NCBI GenBank assembly: GCA_973851085.1
Contig: OZ316775.1
Span: 14,942,001-15,006,000, forward strand
DNA: 64,000 nt
Direction: 5' to 3'
From: Ptychomitrium polyphyllum
Taxonomy: Eukaryota
Shown here: positions 51,663 to 64,000 of the stretch, piece by piece
Layout of the letters: the number at the start of each line of letters is the position of its first letter
Position numbering within the stretch: position 1 is the stretch's first letter
The notes under the pieces: generated by a model
What the model saw: only the letters and a program-made list of their open reading frames with translations
What the model was told of the DNA's origin: nothing
Database searches by the model: none
Made by a program: the position numbers and the translations under genes

Positions 51663-52500
51663 TATTGAAGAAATGCAACAAGCAAGAAGAGAGAACAAAG
51701 TTGTAACAAGAGAAGTGTGGAGCAAGATGTCTCCCACTTCCAAAACTCCTTTATTTATACTTGGGAGTCATCCACCAAAGTGTGCCACTTGGCAGCCATG
51801 CATTTGCCTCCACTAAATGAGTGCCATATGGCGGCCAATCCTAGCCGCCGTAGCCGCAACTCTAACCGTAACGGCCACCCTAACCTTAGCCGCCGTACAA
51901 AATCCTTGTTGCCTTTTCTTAACCCTAGCCTCCATATCCTCTATGGCCTCTTTCTTGACACCCCTTTGACCATTAGCAACCTATCAAGACTAATTAGTGT
52001 ACTCCAAACTAACTCTTGTTTGTTAAAAAAAACTAAGTATATCTTTGCTTGCCTTCTCCCCCTTTTAAGAAGGAATCTCACTTCTCTACTCCATTCTCAT
52101 TGGTTGCTAAAATTTCTAGGCTACTTGACCCTAATTCATGCTTTGGTTTTTTTCTAAATATAGCTTCAATTTTAAATTTAGCTATTGTTCTAAAATCAAT
52201 AATAGTTGTAGATTTCCACCATCATTCTAAATTTAATTGCAGTTTTAAAATCAACAACAGTTCTAGATTTTCACTGTCAATCTAAATTTAGCTGCAGTTC
52301 TAAAATCAATAGCAATTGTATCCAAGTTGTAAAATTCATCTTTTTTTCTATAATTCCATTCTTGCATTGGCCGTAAGTGCCATAAACCATGAGCATCTGC
52401 CTACTTGCCCTTTACTTCCATTAATAACAACTATAATCCAACTTCTTTTGTTCTAATTAAACCTAATCACTTCTATAATATTAAATTTTTGTTGTTTTTT
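51663..52500. repeat. Unclassified repeat truncating the chromovirus RT
   Basis: Its start (TTGAAGAAATGCAA...AGAGAAGTGTGGAGCAAGAT) recurs at ~47404-47482. Internal degenerate tandem units AATTTAGCT..GTTCTAAAATCAA at ~52175-52320. Confidence 0.5.
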
Positions 52501-52509
52501 TAAGTAAAA

Positions 52510-55500
52510 ATCTATAATGAGCTAATTCTATAGCTCATACACTCACTGCTCGTAAGGTTGAGAGAAATTACTTAATTGGAGCCAATGTAGTTTTGAAAAC
52601 AAACTATTTGCTTCTACTTTGCATGATAACCAATTGTTCTATACCAAGCATTGCCATATTAAAGTGGATAGCCTTTATTAGAACATTGAATCTTGTTCTA
52701 ATTCACATTACCAGCAAAGAAAATTTAATGGCAGATATGTTGTCTAGAGCCAGGTATAATGGTGAAGAAGAAATGATGGCTTATGAGATGGGTGAAGACC
52801 AAGAAGAGAGGATGTATGGATATTTCTTTGCTACTAATGGAGTGCAATTTGGAAATGAGGTCCAAAATTTCAAAGAAGGTCTTTTTGAGGGTAGATTGAA
52901 GGATATTGGAATGTATCTAAGCACAAGGAAAAGGTAGGAAGGCTAGATAGATAAAGCTTTTAAAGACATCAGACACTAGTCTTCTAATTACCTTTTTAGA
53001 GATGGATTGCTTTGGAAAAAGCTGAAAAGAAGTGATAAGTTTCCATTGAGGGTGGTAGATGACCTTGAGACTAAAAGCAAAGTTTTAAAGGAGTTTCATG
53101 CTTCACTTTAGGCTGGGCAGAGAAGTGTATGGGCCACATATACCAAAATCAAAGAAAGGTATTGGTGGAAGGGTCTCTACAAGGATGTGGAGGACTTTAT
53201 AAGCCCATGTACAGAATGCCAATTGCAATCTAAGGTAAGATATAGAGATGAGCTTCATTCCACCTATCCACCTTCTATTTATTTCCAATGGGTAATAGAT
53301 TTGGTAGCTATGCCATCATGACTTTGGGGCATGAAATACTTGGTGTTGGCAAAAGAAGAGCAATCAAACTATGTTGAAGGAAGGGCCTTGACGACCAAAA
53401 CCACTAAGGCAATTTGCAAATTCATTTTGGAAGATATCTTTAGCAGTTATGGAAGCATTGAAAGAATGAGAGTTGATAAAAGAGAGCTAGATGTTATTGA
53501 GGTAAGAGATTTCTTCAAGAAATATGGAATTCAACTAAAATTGACTACTTCTTATAATTGTGAAGCTTATGGTAAGAAAGAAAGGGGTCATCCTTTTATC
53601 ATTTATGCATTGGTAAAGGTATGTAAGGGTAAGTCAATTCAGTGGCCCAAACTACTACCATCTGCTTTGTAGGCTGATAGAACTACTCATAGCACAGTTA
53701 CTAATTACATACCTATTGAATTGATACTAAGGATAAAACCAATGATGCCAATTGAAGAATACTTCCCTTCATGGATGTTTCTTTTATGGAAAGATGGTCT
53801 TGATAGAGAAAGCTTATTAGAGCTTTGAATCCAACAATTGGAAAGATTACCTGAGCATTTTGGAAGTGGCAACTGAGAGGTTAAAGAAAATAAGGTTGAA
53901 GAATAAGGAGAGGTTTGATAAAATTCATAGGTTGAGACTGAAGCCTATTCATATTAGAGACTGGGTTTTAGTTTATGATAGTAGCTTGAAACATCAGCAT
54001 AGCATTGCAAAGAAATTTGTGAAGGAGTGGTTTGGACCATATGTGATAACTAGTGTCCATGATAATGCCACTTATTTTTTGTGTGAGCTTGATGGAACTA
54101 CAATCAAAAATCCAGTAGCTAGAAAAAAAATGAAGGTATTTAAAAAGAGAGATGGAAGGTTCTTGATTGAAAACGTTGATGACCTTTAATAAAAGGGTCA
54201 AAGAACCAAAAATGATGATGAACTTTTACTAGACACTGAAGAAGAAGAAGTTGATTTAATGATGGCACATACCAGAGGATGTGCACATTTGGAAGGAGTA
54301 GATGTTTTGCTATAAATAGTTATATGGTTTAAAATTTAGCTAATATGTATTATTTTGTGGATTTTAATTTAATATATTTTAGAAAGGAGTTCTAAGATGA
54401 AAAGAAAAGTTAGGTAAAAAAGATTGTGGTGAAACCACGGTTTTGAGTGTCTTAGAGATAGAATTGCATCTTATCTTAGCTCAAGGTGAAGGCGCCGGTT
54501 GACTGTGTTATTTTCCTACTTGTCATTCTCACCAGCAGTACCAAGCCAAGTGTTGCCATTCTAGTCAAGAAATCCAACAAGAATCAAATTCAGACCGATT
54601 CTGCAACTGAACTTTATCTAGTCAACCAAGTTCGTGGCTTGGTGTTTGATTCTGCCTCAATAGTGACTTTACATTCATTGAACTTCAATATTTTTCCTAT
54701 TTTCCTCCTTTTATTTCAATTTAATTCCCTACTTTAGATTTGTAAGGATTGGTTTTATCTTCCTTTGCAATTTAGAACCTATAAGTTTCAACCAAAAGAA
54801 AGAAAAGAAAGAAAAGCAAAAGAAAAGGATTTAGTTTGTTTTTTATTTGAAGATATGGTTAGATAAGGGCTTGGTAGAGGAGATTAAGGGCTGATGTAGA
54901 GAGATAAGGCTAATGTGGAGTGATAAGAGGCGGATGTGGCAGTTTGACCACTACCTTCTTCTTCTCTCTCGGCCTCTCCCACTTGATACTTAAAGCAGCC
55001 CTTCCTTTGACCATATTGCATAGTACACTTCTAAGTTTGAGTTGATTTTTGTTGGAATTTTTTTTTTCCTTTGTTAACTCTCTAAGATGTTATTACACGC
55101 TTCATTTGGAGTTGGTGTATGATTGTAGCTTTAGTTTGAGTGAAGTTGGATCAGCTGCCTTGAGTTTGAGGCAGCAATTGCTTTGGGTGCTTATAATTTT
55201 TTGTGTATTTGGAATTTAATTATGAAATTTAAAAGATAACATTTTGACTACTTCAAAATGATATTTTAAGAATTTGGAGGAAAAAAAGCTTGTATAGTGG
55301 AAGATGTAAGAAAAATTGTAGTCGAGACTTTGAGAATTGTATACTACAAAGTTAGAATTGTACATTTTGAGCCCTAAGAGAGGATTGAAGGGATTTTTGA
55401 GGTTGATATTTTGATGAAGTCTTTATTATAAGATTAGTAATATGTGTGTAAATTTTCAAGTTTAGATTTGTAATAAAAGGAAGTCATGAAGTAGTAAAGT

Positions 55501-55864
55501 ATACAGAGTTTACAAGTTGTGGCAGTAAAAAGTGAGAACTTTGAAAGCATGGTTATCAATGCTTATAGTAGCTATGGTTATGAAATGTTTACCATAGTTT
55601 TATAGATGCCTTAAAAACATAGTGTTAAAATATCAGGTTCATTAAATTCTTATAATAGGAAATATGAGCAAAACTGTATGCGGGTTTATGATGGCACTAT
55701 GTAGTTATGGTTTGGGTTTGGGTTGTGATCTTTACAAAGCTTTAAAAACATGATCAAAGAACTCTTTTGCTTATATAATTAGATAAATACTATCTTGTCA
55801 ACTTGTTGAGTGATTAGTAGCAGCCACAGGCCCAGTGCTTTCTCAAAGCAAGGCTCTTTTACCA
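52510..55864 (+). mobile_element. 5'-truncated gypsy-type element (RNase H end, integrase, PPT, 3' LTR of family B)
   Basis: HITSKENLMADMLSR, integrase zinc finger (ERYWWKGLYKDVEDFISPCTECQ), core YLVLAKEEQSNYVEGRAL, WFGPYVI. PPT GGAAGGAGTAGA at 54291-54302, then LTR TG...CA. Confidence 0.88.
54303..55864 (+). repeat. LTR family B (~1.56 kb)
   Basis: Begins TGTTTTGC directly after the PPT and ends TTTTACCA. Three other copies lie in the window. Confidence 0.88.
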
Positions 55865-56446
55865 CGAGCGCATGTAAGTCCATTAGAATCCAAAATGGCT
55901 CATCACAAGTTGCATTACTACTTGTGCGGCGAACGGTAACCTCAGTGTTGTCATTAATCAATTGTACCATCCTGGTCACACATTCTACTGCTCTTGAGCA
56001 CGCTTTGCAACAATAACAGATAAAGAAATCTTTTTAGTCACCAATGACACATTAAATACAAGACTTAAGCCACTCTACTATGAAGTGCCTTCTTCAAAGG
56101 CAGAAATGGCTTCACTTGCAAGCTTAACTCTTAATTTAGTCAAGTTTTCATTTATGGACGCCAGAGTAACTACTTAAACCACTACAAGAGATAGCATTGC
56201 CAATTTGCCTTCTAACGTCTTGCTTATTAATTAAAAGATGTTGGCTGGCTTAAAATTTGATGCTATTTTTTCAATACTAGAGAATATAGGCATTTGCAAT
56301 ATTTTGTAAGCCAAAGTATGTGCAAATCTTCTAGAAGTTGTTTTTTCATCAAGAGCCGAAGTAGGAATGTGAGGTTGAGCTACAAATTGAACATCTGTAA
56401 GTCCAAATGACAATGGCAACCACGCTTGGCCTATCTCATCCGGTGT

Positions 56447-57998
56447 TGTAGAGAAAGAACCTTGCTTTGAGAATACACCGGGCTTCTAGTTGCTACTAAT
56501 TCCTCAATAATTTGATAAAAAAAATTTATAATTGAAGTCAATTATGTGCAAAAGTTTGTTTATCATACTTTACATACTTTATTAAGTTTACAATCCAAAT
56601 CAAAACTATAACTATGTCTTGCCATTTAAATCTTGCTTATAAATTTGTTTACATTTCTTAATTCCAAAGTCCAATGATTCTAATATTTTGGCAATATGTT
56701 TCAAAGACATGTATAAAACTACGCTAAAAGTTCCATAACTTTAACTGTTATATTCATTGAGAACCATGCAATTAAAGCTCCCATTCTTCTCACCACACCC
56801 CCCTCATTTTACCACATTATAATTTCTTTTCTACCATGAACCTAGATTCCAAAATTTGTACACATACAATTTATCTTACAATAATCATTATATCAAAATA
56901 CCAACCTTAGAAATCCCTCCAATCCTCTTTTATAGCCAAAATATATAACCCCAATTCTATTGTATACTGCCTTCTAAAACTCGATTACACATTCTCCTAC
57001 AATTCCTACTACAAAAGCTCTTTTCCATCCAAAATTTTACACCATCATTTTAAAGTAGTCAAAATATTATCTTCCAAATTTTATCTTCAAAAATCGTTTC
57101 TACAAGAAGTTATAAGCACTCAAAGCAACTCCTCTCAAAACTCAAGGGAACTAGACCAACTTTATTCAAACTAGTGTCACGGTCACATAACAACTCTAAA
57201 TGGAGCATGTAATGACATTTGAAAAGTCCACAAACAAAGAAAATAAATCCAACATTAATCAATTCAAAACAAAAAGAATACAAATCTCATCACCTAAAGA
57301 AGGGCTGCCTTCTTATTCTAGTGGGAGAGGCTGAGAGAGAAGAAAAAGGCGGTAGTCAAACCGCCACATTTGCCCCTTATTACTCCACATCAAGCTATAT
57401 TTTTCCACATCAGCCACTTATCTCCTTTATCAAATCCTTATCTAACCATATCTTCAAATAAAAAACAACCTAAATCCTTTTTTTTTGCTTTTCTTTATTT
57501 TCTTTCTTTTGGTTAAAACTTCTATGTTCTAGCTACAAAGAAGATAAAATCAACCTTCACAAATCTAAAATGAAAACTAAAAAAACTAAAATAAATTAAA
57601 AAAAGTAGGAAAAAGATTGAAATTCAACAAGAAAAAAATTAAGAATAAAACCATTGTCGAGGTAGGATTAGACACCAAGTCATGAACTTGGTTGACTGGA
57701 TAAGTTCTAGCTGCTAAATTGATCCAAGTTCAATTCTTGGCGGATTTGTTGAGTAGAACGGCAGCACTTGACTTCAAACTGCTAGCAAGAATGGCACGCA
57801 GAAAAATATTATAGTCAACTGGCCTAATCAACCTGAGTTAAGACAAGATGCGGTTCCACCTCCAAGACAAATAAAAATCGTGGTTTCACCACGACTTTTT
57901 TTTAATCTAATTATTTCTTTTTCTAATACTCTTTTCCAAATATACCAAATAACAAATACTACTCAAGTTTTAAACTATACAATTAAATACATTACAAA
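56447..57998 (-). mobile_element. Solo LTR, family B-related
   Basis: Reverse-complement similarity along its length to 54303-55864 and 40009-41537. Boundaries approximate. Confidence 0.8.
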
Positions 57999-59809
57999 AA
58001 TATGATAAATATGCAATTGAGTCTTTTAAAATTTACCTTCTTTCTTTTAAATTCCTTCAAAAGCCTTTTTTAATCTTTAAAATTGTTATTCATTATATGT
58101 TTTAAAAATTTACAAAGATTTATTATAAGATAAAAATTAGATGACAATTAGAATTGATGTGCAAATGAAAGTTACATAATTTAATTTATGAATCATATCT
58201 TTAAATAATTAAATTTAATTTTCATATCAACAATATTTTGTACAAATTTTGAAATTTGAAATTTAAAGTTTTTATAAAAATTAATCACAAATAAAGTATT
58301 AAATTAATTTTAGAAGGATTTATTGAGATTGATTTGACATGTAGTATTTTATATATAATGGTATTTGGAATCTTTTCAAAATTTCATTTGAAAGCATGAA
58401 TTCAAATAATCTTCATGGATTTAAATAAACAAATGCAATGTACAAATAATAGTTTACAAAATTTATTTTAATATACTTAAAAAAATAGATTATTTAGTTT
58501 TATATTATAATAAATTTAACTAAGATATCAAATTCTAATATCAAATATATAACAAGACATTAAATAAGAAATTAAAAGAAATCTATCTTTCCTTTTTATT
58601 AATTAATTTCTTTAAAAAGAAGAAGTAATTGTGAATAGGTGATTATATAGCTTGATTTAAATCTATTAAAATGTTTGACTTAATTCTATTATTTAAAGAA
58701 ATTTTTGAAACTTATAGTCTAAAATCATATAAAATTCATTAATAGAATGAAATATTAATAATTTTAAATAAAAATTTATTTTAATAGATTTCGAATATGA
58801 AATTTTAACATTAAAATTTTTAAAATTTTTAACAATTAAAGTTAAACTTATCAATTTTAAAAGATTATTTTAAACTATCATGGAATTAGTAAAATAAGAA
58901 AAAAATAAAAAGATTAAGGAATGGTATTGAAAAGTTTATTGTTGGTCTAAACATATATTTATGGCTTTGATAGTCTTTGTTATTTACAAATATCTTAATT
59001 AATTTCTTAATTCCTCATTCAGCTTTTGTTCATTCCAAATTTTCCATCTAAATTCAAGCAAATTTTACTTACATCTTCTTCTTAAATGTAATTTAAATTT
59101 TCTTAATTTTATCTTACATGTTTTAAATGATTTGAAACTTTTTGCATTATTTCATACATTATATCCATTTCTAATTAAAAAGAATTTTAAAGTGAGTTAT
59201 AATTTACATCACTTATAATTTACAAATTTTTAGACTAATTTTTGCTTTCTAATATTTGTTATACTATTACTCATTCATATATAATTTCTAATTCAAAATC
59301 CATATGATCTTGTATTATTGTGGTTTTATAAAATTAATCAATGTAACTAGATTTTAAATTTCATAGTAATTCAGCTTATAAATGCTAAGATTTAATTCAT
59401 TAGAGTTGATGCTTTTTATTGACTGTTACGGACATAAATCATGCAACATAGTCTTAAAAATCTTCTAAAACCTTTTAATACCTTAAAGTAGTTTTAAAAA
59501 ATTCTTTCAACAATTCCATAGCCATTTCACTTCATTGAAAATTTCTTAGGAAGGTTCTATAAACTTCTAGAACATTTTTAAGCTTCATAGGAAGTATTAT
59601 AGACACAAGGATACAAGAAATAAATACAAAGTCGTTTGCAAGAATTAACTTTCAAAGAACTAATACTTAACAAGAATTGATAGAAAGACTAGAACAAGAG
59701 CACAATATAATATGATCCACAATTTGTATTGGCAAGACTAAAGTAAACCTTGCCTTGTCTCCTATTTATATTATATTGCTTGTGTTTCCTAAGATACTTC
59801 TAAAGAAGC

Positions 59810-60394
59810 TGTCACGGATATAAATCATGCAACATAATCTTTAGAACATTCTAGAACCTTTGAGTATACTATAATAGCTTCTTAGAATACTTTTAAATAT
59901 CTCCATAGTCTTTTTATGTTTTTAGGAAGATTCCTAGGAAAGTTCCTCCACCTTAGGAAACTTCCTAGGAAGGTTCTATCATCTTAGGTTATTTCCTAGG
60001 AAACTTCCTAGGAAGGTTCTACTTCTTTAGGAAACTTTCTAAGAAGGTTCCGCTACCTTATGAAACTTCCAAGGAAGGTTCCAATTCCTTGGAAGCTTCT
60101 TAGGAAGGTTCCAACATCTTAGGAAACTTCTTAAGAAGGTTCCTTAGACTTCTAGAACATTCTTAAGTCTTGTAGGAAGCTTCTTTAGAAGTATCCTAGG
60201 AGATACAAAACGTCCTAGTATAAATAAGAGGCAAGACAAGGTATTCCTTAGTCTTGCCAGCACAAGTTGTGGATCATCTTGAATCCTGCCTTGTTCTAGT
60301 TTTTGTATCAAAGTTCTTGTTAATCATTAGCTCTTTGGAAGCTAATTCTTGGGAGACACTTCGTTTCTACTTCTTGTTTCTTGTGCCCCTAACA
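59810..60394 (+). mobile_element. Solo LTR (585 bp) with perfect TSD GAAGC
   Basis: TGTCACGG...CCTAACA, with GAAGC at 59805-59809 and 60395-60399. Internal TATAAAT at ~60218. Confidence 0.92.
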
Positions 60395-61291
60395 GAAGCT
60401 TCTATAGCATCTTAGAGTTTGCAAATTATCTTCCTCTAAGCTAACACCATAAATTTATTCTTCTTTTTAAAAGCAAGTGCTAATTCTTTTGAAGAATGAT
60501 TAATCTTTCAAAGAACAAAGAATATCCTCTTCTAAAGATAATAACAGCCTTATCATTTACAATCTTAAGTATGTAGTTTTTCTTCTTGAAGGTATAAAAA
60601 ATTCTTAGAAGTTGCAGATTATCCTCTTTTAAGCTAATTTTGGGTTTTCATCTTTTTTTTCTTCATTTATTGATTTGAGTATGGATAACATGTCAAGAAC
60701 ATTAAAGAATAGGTTTGCAACTATTGCAAACCTTTAAGAATTATTAAACACAATATTAACAAAGCTTGCTTGCTTTAATACCATCAACAATTTAAAACAA
60801 TACACTTGTCAGGCTGAAAAATTTAGTGGTGATATTTAAAGTCTATATTAAAAATTTATTTAATTGCAAAATGCCAATATTAGAAGAAAAATTCTAAAAT
60901 AAAACCATGCAAAGCTAAAGATTAATATGCTAGACAAGTTTGATAAATCAAAACAAAAATTAAAAGGCTTTGTTTAACAAGTAAGATTCTTTTTCAATTT
61001 ACATCAATTTCAATATGCTGCAGATTATTGTCAATTAGTTTGAAACTTTGATTATATTGATAAGGCCTTGATTACACAATTCCAATGGGGCTTGAAAGAA
61101 AATTTGAAGAATTTGCCTCTCACAATGCTAAAGGATGATACGTAGGAGGAATTCATCACTTAAGCAACAACACATGACAATAGATTATTAGAAAGGCACC
61201 AAGAACAATGTTTTGGATGAAAATCAATACATCAAGGTATGGCAACCGCTTCTTCAAAAGTATTGGAAAGCCAACCATGAGGACTAGAACC

Positions 61292-61852
61292 TATTAGGAA
61301 TACAAAAAACAAAAAGCAGAAATAAAGTGTTTTTCAAGAATCAGCTTCCAAAGAACTAATGATTAACAAGAACTTGATACAAAGATTAGAATAAGGCAGG
61401 GTACAATATGATCCACAATTTATGTTGGCAAAACTAAGAAATACCTTGTCTTGCTTCCTATTTATACTATGATACTCCTATTTTTTAGAATACTTCTAAA
61501 GAAGCTTCCTACAAGGCTTAAGAATGTTTTAGAAGTCTATGGAACCTTCCTAAGAAGTTTGCTAAGATGTTGAAACCTTCCTAAAGAGGTAGAACCTTCC
61601 TAAGAAATTTCCTGAGATGATGGAATCTTTCAAGGAATTTTTTTGAGGTGATGGAATCTTCCTAGAAAGTTTCTTGAGGTGATGGAACCTTTTTGGGAAG
61701 TTTCCTAAGGTGGTGGAACTTTTTAAGGAAATTTTTTAAAAACGTAGAAATGGCTATGGAGACATTTGAAAGTATTTTATAGAGTTACTATAATATACCA
61801 AACGGTTTTACAAGGTTTTAAAGATTATGTTACATGATCTATGTCCATGACG
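61292..61852 (-). mobile_element. Solo LTR of the same family inserted in gag
   Basis: Reverse-complement match to 59810-60394. TSD GAACC/GAATC. Excision restores GLE(P/S)MQID. Confidence 0.85.
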
Positions 61853-64000
61853 GAATCCATGCAAATTGATGTTGCCTAATTTAGACGTTTGACTCTAGAA
61901 GGAAAAAAAAGGTGTCAAAAAAGAAACCTATGTTTGTATTATAGGAAATCTGAACATAAAGTGCGCAATTGCAAATTTGCCCTTAATCTCAAAGCACAAT
62001 GGTGGAGTTGGTAAAGAAGGTTGTCCAATCATAGTAGGAACCATTGGACTAGAAACCACAAGAATACGACCATCAAGTCAAGTTTTCTTACTACCTCCAA
62101 TCTCTATCTCTTGTTTTATGTTTCCTATCAAAGCTAAAGTGTCAAATGGTAAAATGGTAAGTGAAGCTCTTTTGGACATAGTGTAATGACATGCTTTATG
62201 GACAAGGATTTTGCAACCAAACATCACATAGTATCTATGAACAAAAAACATCATGCATTGTTGAAATTATTGATGGATAATCTTTTGCATCTGAAAATTT
62301 TATTTAAGAAACTATGCCTTAAAGGTTGTTTTAAGAGACCAACCATCTTAGATTGTCTTCAATATCATTCAATACCAAACAAATCCTATTATCTTGGGCC
62401 CTTTTTTGTTTGAATCACATAATTTAAACATTGATTGGCGTTCAAGGAGTGTGGTTTCAAGGAAAAGATGTCAAGGTACAAGAATTCTTGGACCATCATT
62501 TATTGGAGCTAAGGCATTCATAAGAGCGGCAAAGGATGAACCAATCTATGTCATTTATGCCACACCAATGTCTGGCTCCATACTAAAAACTAATCAAGGC
62601 ATACTCTATTAATCTCGAGATTATAAAGATATCTTTGAAAAAATAAATGCAAACATATTCTTATACAATCCACCTTACAAAGTTATGATTGTGCTATTGA
62701 ATTGCCAAAAAAAGCCCAATAATCTTTTGAACCTATTTATAATCTACTACAAACTAAATTAGCAGTTTTGATAAAATATATTGATGAAAACCTTAGAAAA
62801 GACTTCATCCAACATTCCTAATCACCTACTTTAACATCTATTCTATTTGAAAAAAAGAAAGATAGATCATTACATATGTGCGTAGACTATTGAGGCCTCA
62901 ATAAGGTAACCACAAAGTATCTCTATCCATTACCATTAATTTTGGACTTCTATAACAACTTGGCCAAGCAAAGATATTCACCAAGATCAACCTTAGATGA
63001 ATCTACAATCTCATGCGTATTAAACAAGGAGATGAATAGAAAACAACTCTTTAATTTAAGTATGGCCATTTTGAATACAACATCATACTTTTTGGCCACA
63101 CTAATGCCCTTGTAGTCTTTCAATATATCATGAATGATATCTTTTATGAGCATTTGGACAATTTTGTAGTTATTTATTTGGATGATATTTTGAAATATTC
63201 AAAAAATAAACAAAATTACAAATGTCATGTACAATTGGTTTTTGAAACGATACACCAACAAGGATAAGATGCCAAATTAAAAAGGTGCCGTTTCCATAAA
63301 TCCTTGGTTGAATTATTAATTTCCATCATCTCCAAAAGATGAATCTATATGGATGAGAAGAAAATAAGCATTGTCATAGAATGGAATATTCTAAGATTAA
63401 TTTGAAATGTTCAATGAATCTTAAAATTTGCAAATTTATACAAAATATTCAACATGGATTATTCCAAAAAAATTAATGGCACTTAAAAATGCAATTTATG
63501 AGGAAGCATAACATTCACTTAGAATGAAGAGATAGAAGGAACATAATAAGGTCTTAAAAAATCATTCATGTCAACTCCAATCTTTGTTCATCCAAATCCA
63601 TTAAAACCTTTGTATTTGAAAATAGGTGCTTTAAACTTTGTTCTTGACTAAGTAGTTTCACAATATGAAAAAGATATAAAAATCCACCCTATTGCCTTTT
63701 ATTTTGGGAAGTTTTTAGCGGCAAAGATTAATTATAATATATATGACAAAGAATTACTTGCAATTGTAGATGCGTTTGAAAAATGACAACATTTGTTGGA
63801 AGGAGCTCAATATATCATTAAAATATACATAGACCACATGAACTTGGAATACTTTATGTGTGTGCATGTTTTGAATTTCCATCAAGCAAGGTGGAGTATA
63901 TTTTTTTTTAGATTTGACTTTGTCATTATCTATCAAACTAGTAACCTATAAAGTAAGCTAGAGGCCTCATCTTGAAGATTTTATTTAGCTTTTAAACCTA

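Larger units (their letters stand above)
59424..64000 (+). mobile_element. Heavily decayed Ty3/gypsy element (LTR remnants, gag, protease, RT, RNase H), running off the window
   Basis: Starts TGTTACGGAC. Gag MQID and zinc-knuckle remnant CLYYRKSEHKVRNC (~61860-61975), ALLD protease (~62165), YLDD 63175-63186, RNase H DKELLAIVDAF (~63745-63780). Many stops and frameshifts. Confidence 0.85.

Noticed and set aside
55865..56446. Coding-looking spacer between inverted LTRs
   Set aside because: Multiple stops and no motif I can assign.
59925..60145. CRISPR-like appearance of palindromic ~31-bp repeats
   Set aside because: Eukaryotic LTR interior, no unique spacers of proper length and no cas genes.

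Overview
Eukaryotic plant nuclear DNA; gene and TE style suggests a moss such as Physcomitrium (inference). The left ~36 kb is gene-rich: an Em/LEA group-1 gene with an ABRE, a frameshifted F-box pseudogene, tRNA-Thr(CGT), a 10-exon MscS-like channel, two tandem short RINGLET-type homeobox paralogues lacking a DDT domain, a decayed SDR pseudogene, an intronless RH5/DBP3 DEAD-box helicase, a microbial-style IPNS-family 2OG-Fe(II) oxygenase and a MOT1-family molybdate transporter. The right ~27 kb is a nest of decayed Ty3/gypsy elements and solo LTRs, several with recoverable TSDs. Most notable: (1) a candidate structured C/D-box ncRNA (27820-27982) behind telo-box/site II motifs in the divergent promoter shared with RH5/DBP3; (2) a gypsy integrase remnant ending in a PHD finger; (3) a ~1.32 kb near-identical tract between two otherwise diverged inverted LTRs; (4) heat-shock-element arrays inside LTRs; (5) a post-stop splice donor conserved in both homeobox paralogues. 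All exon models and alignments were done by eye; no searches were run.
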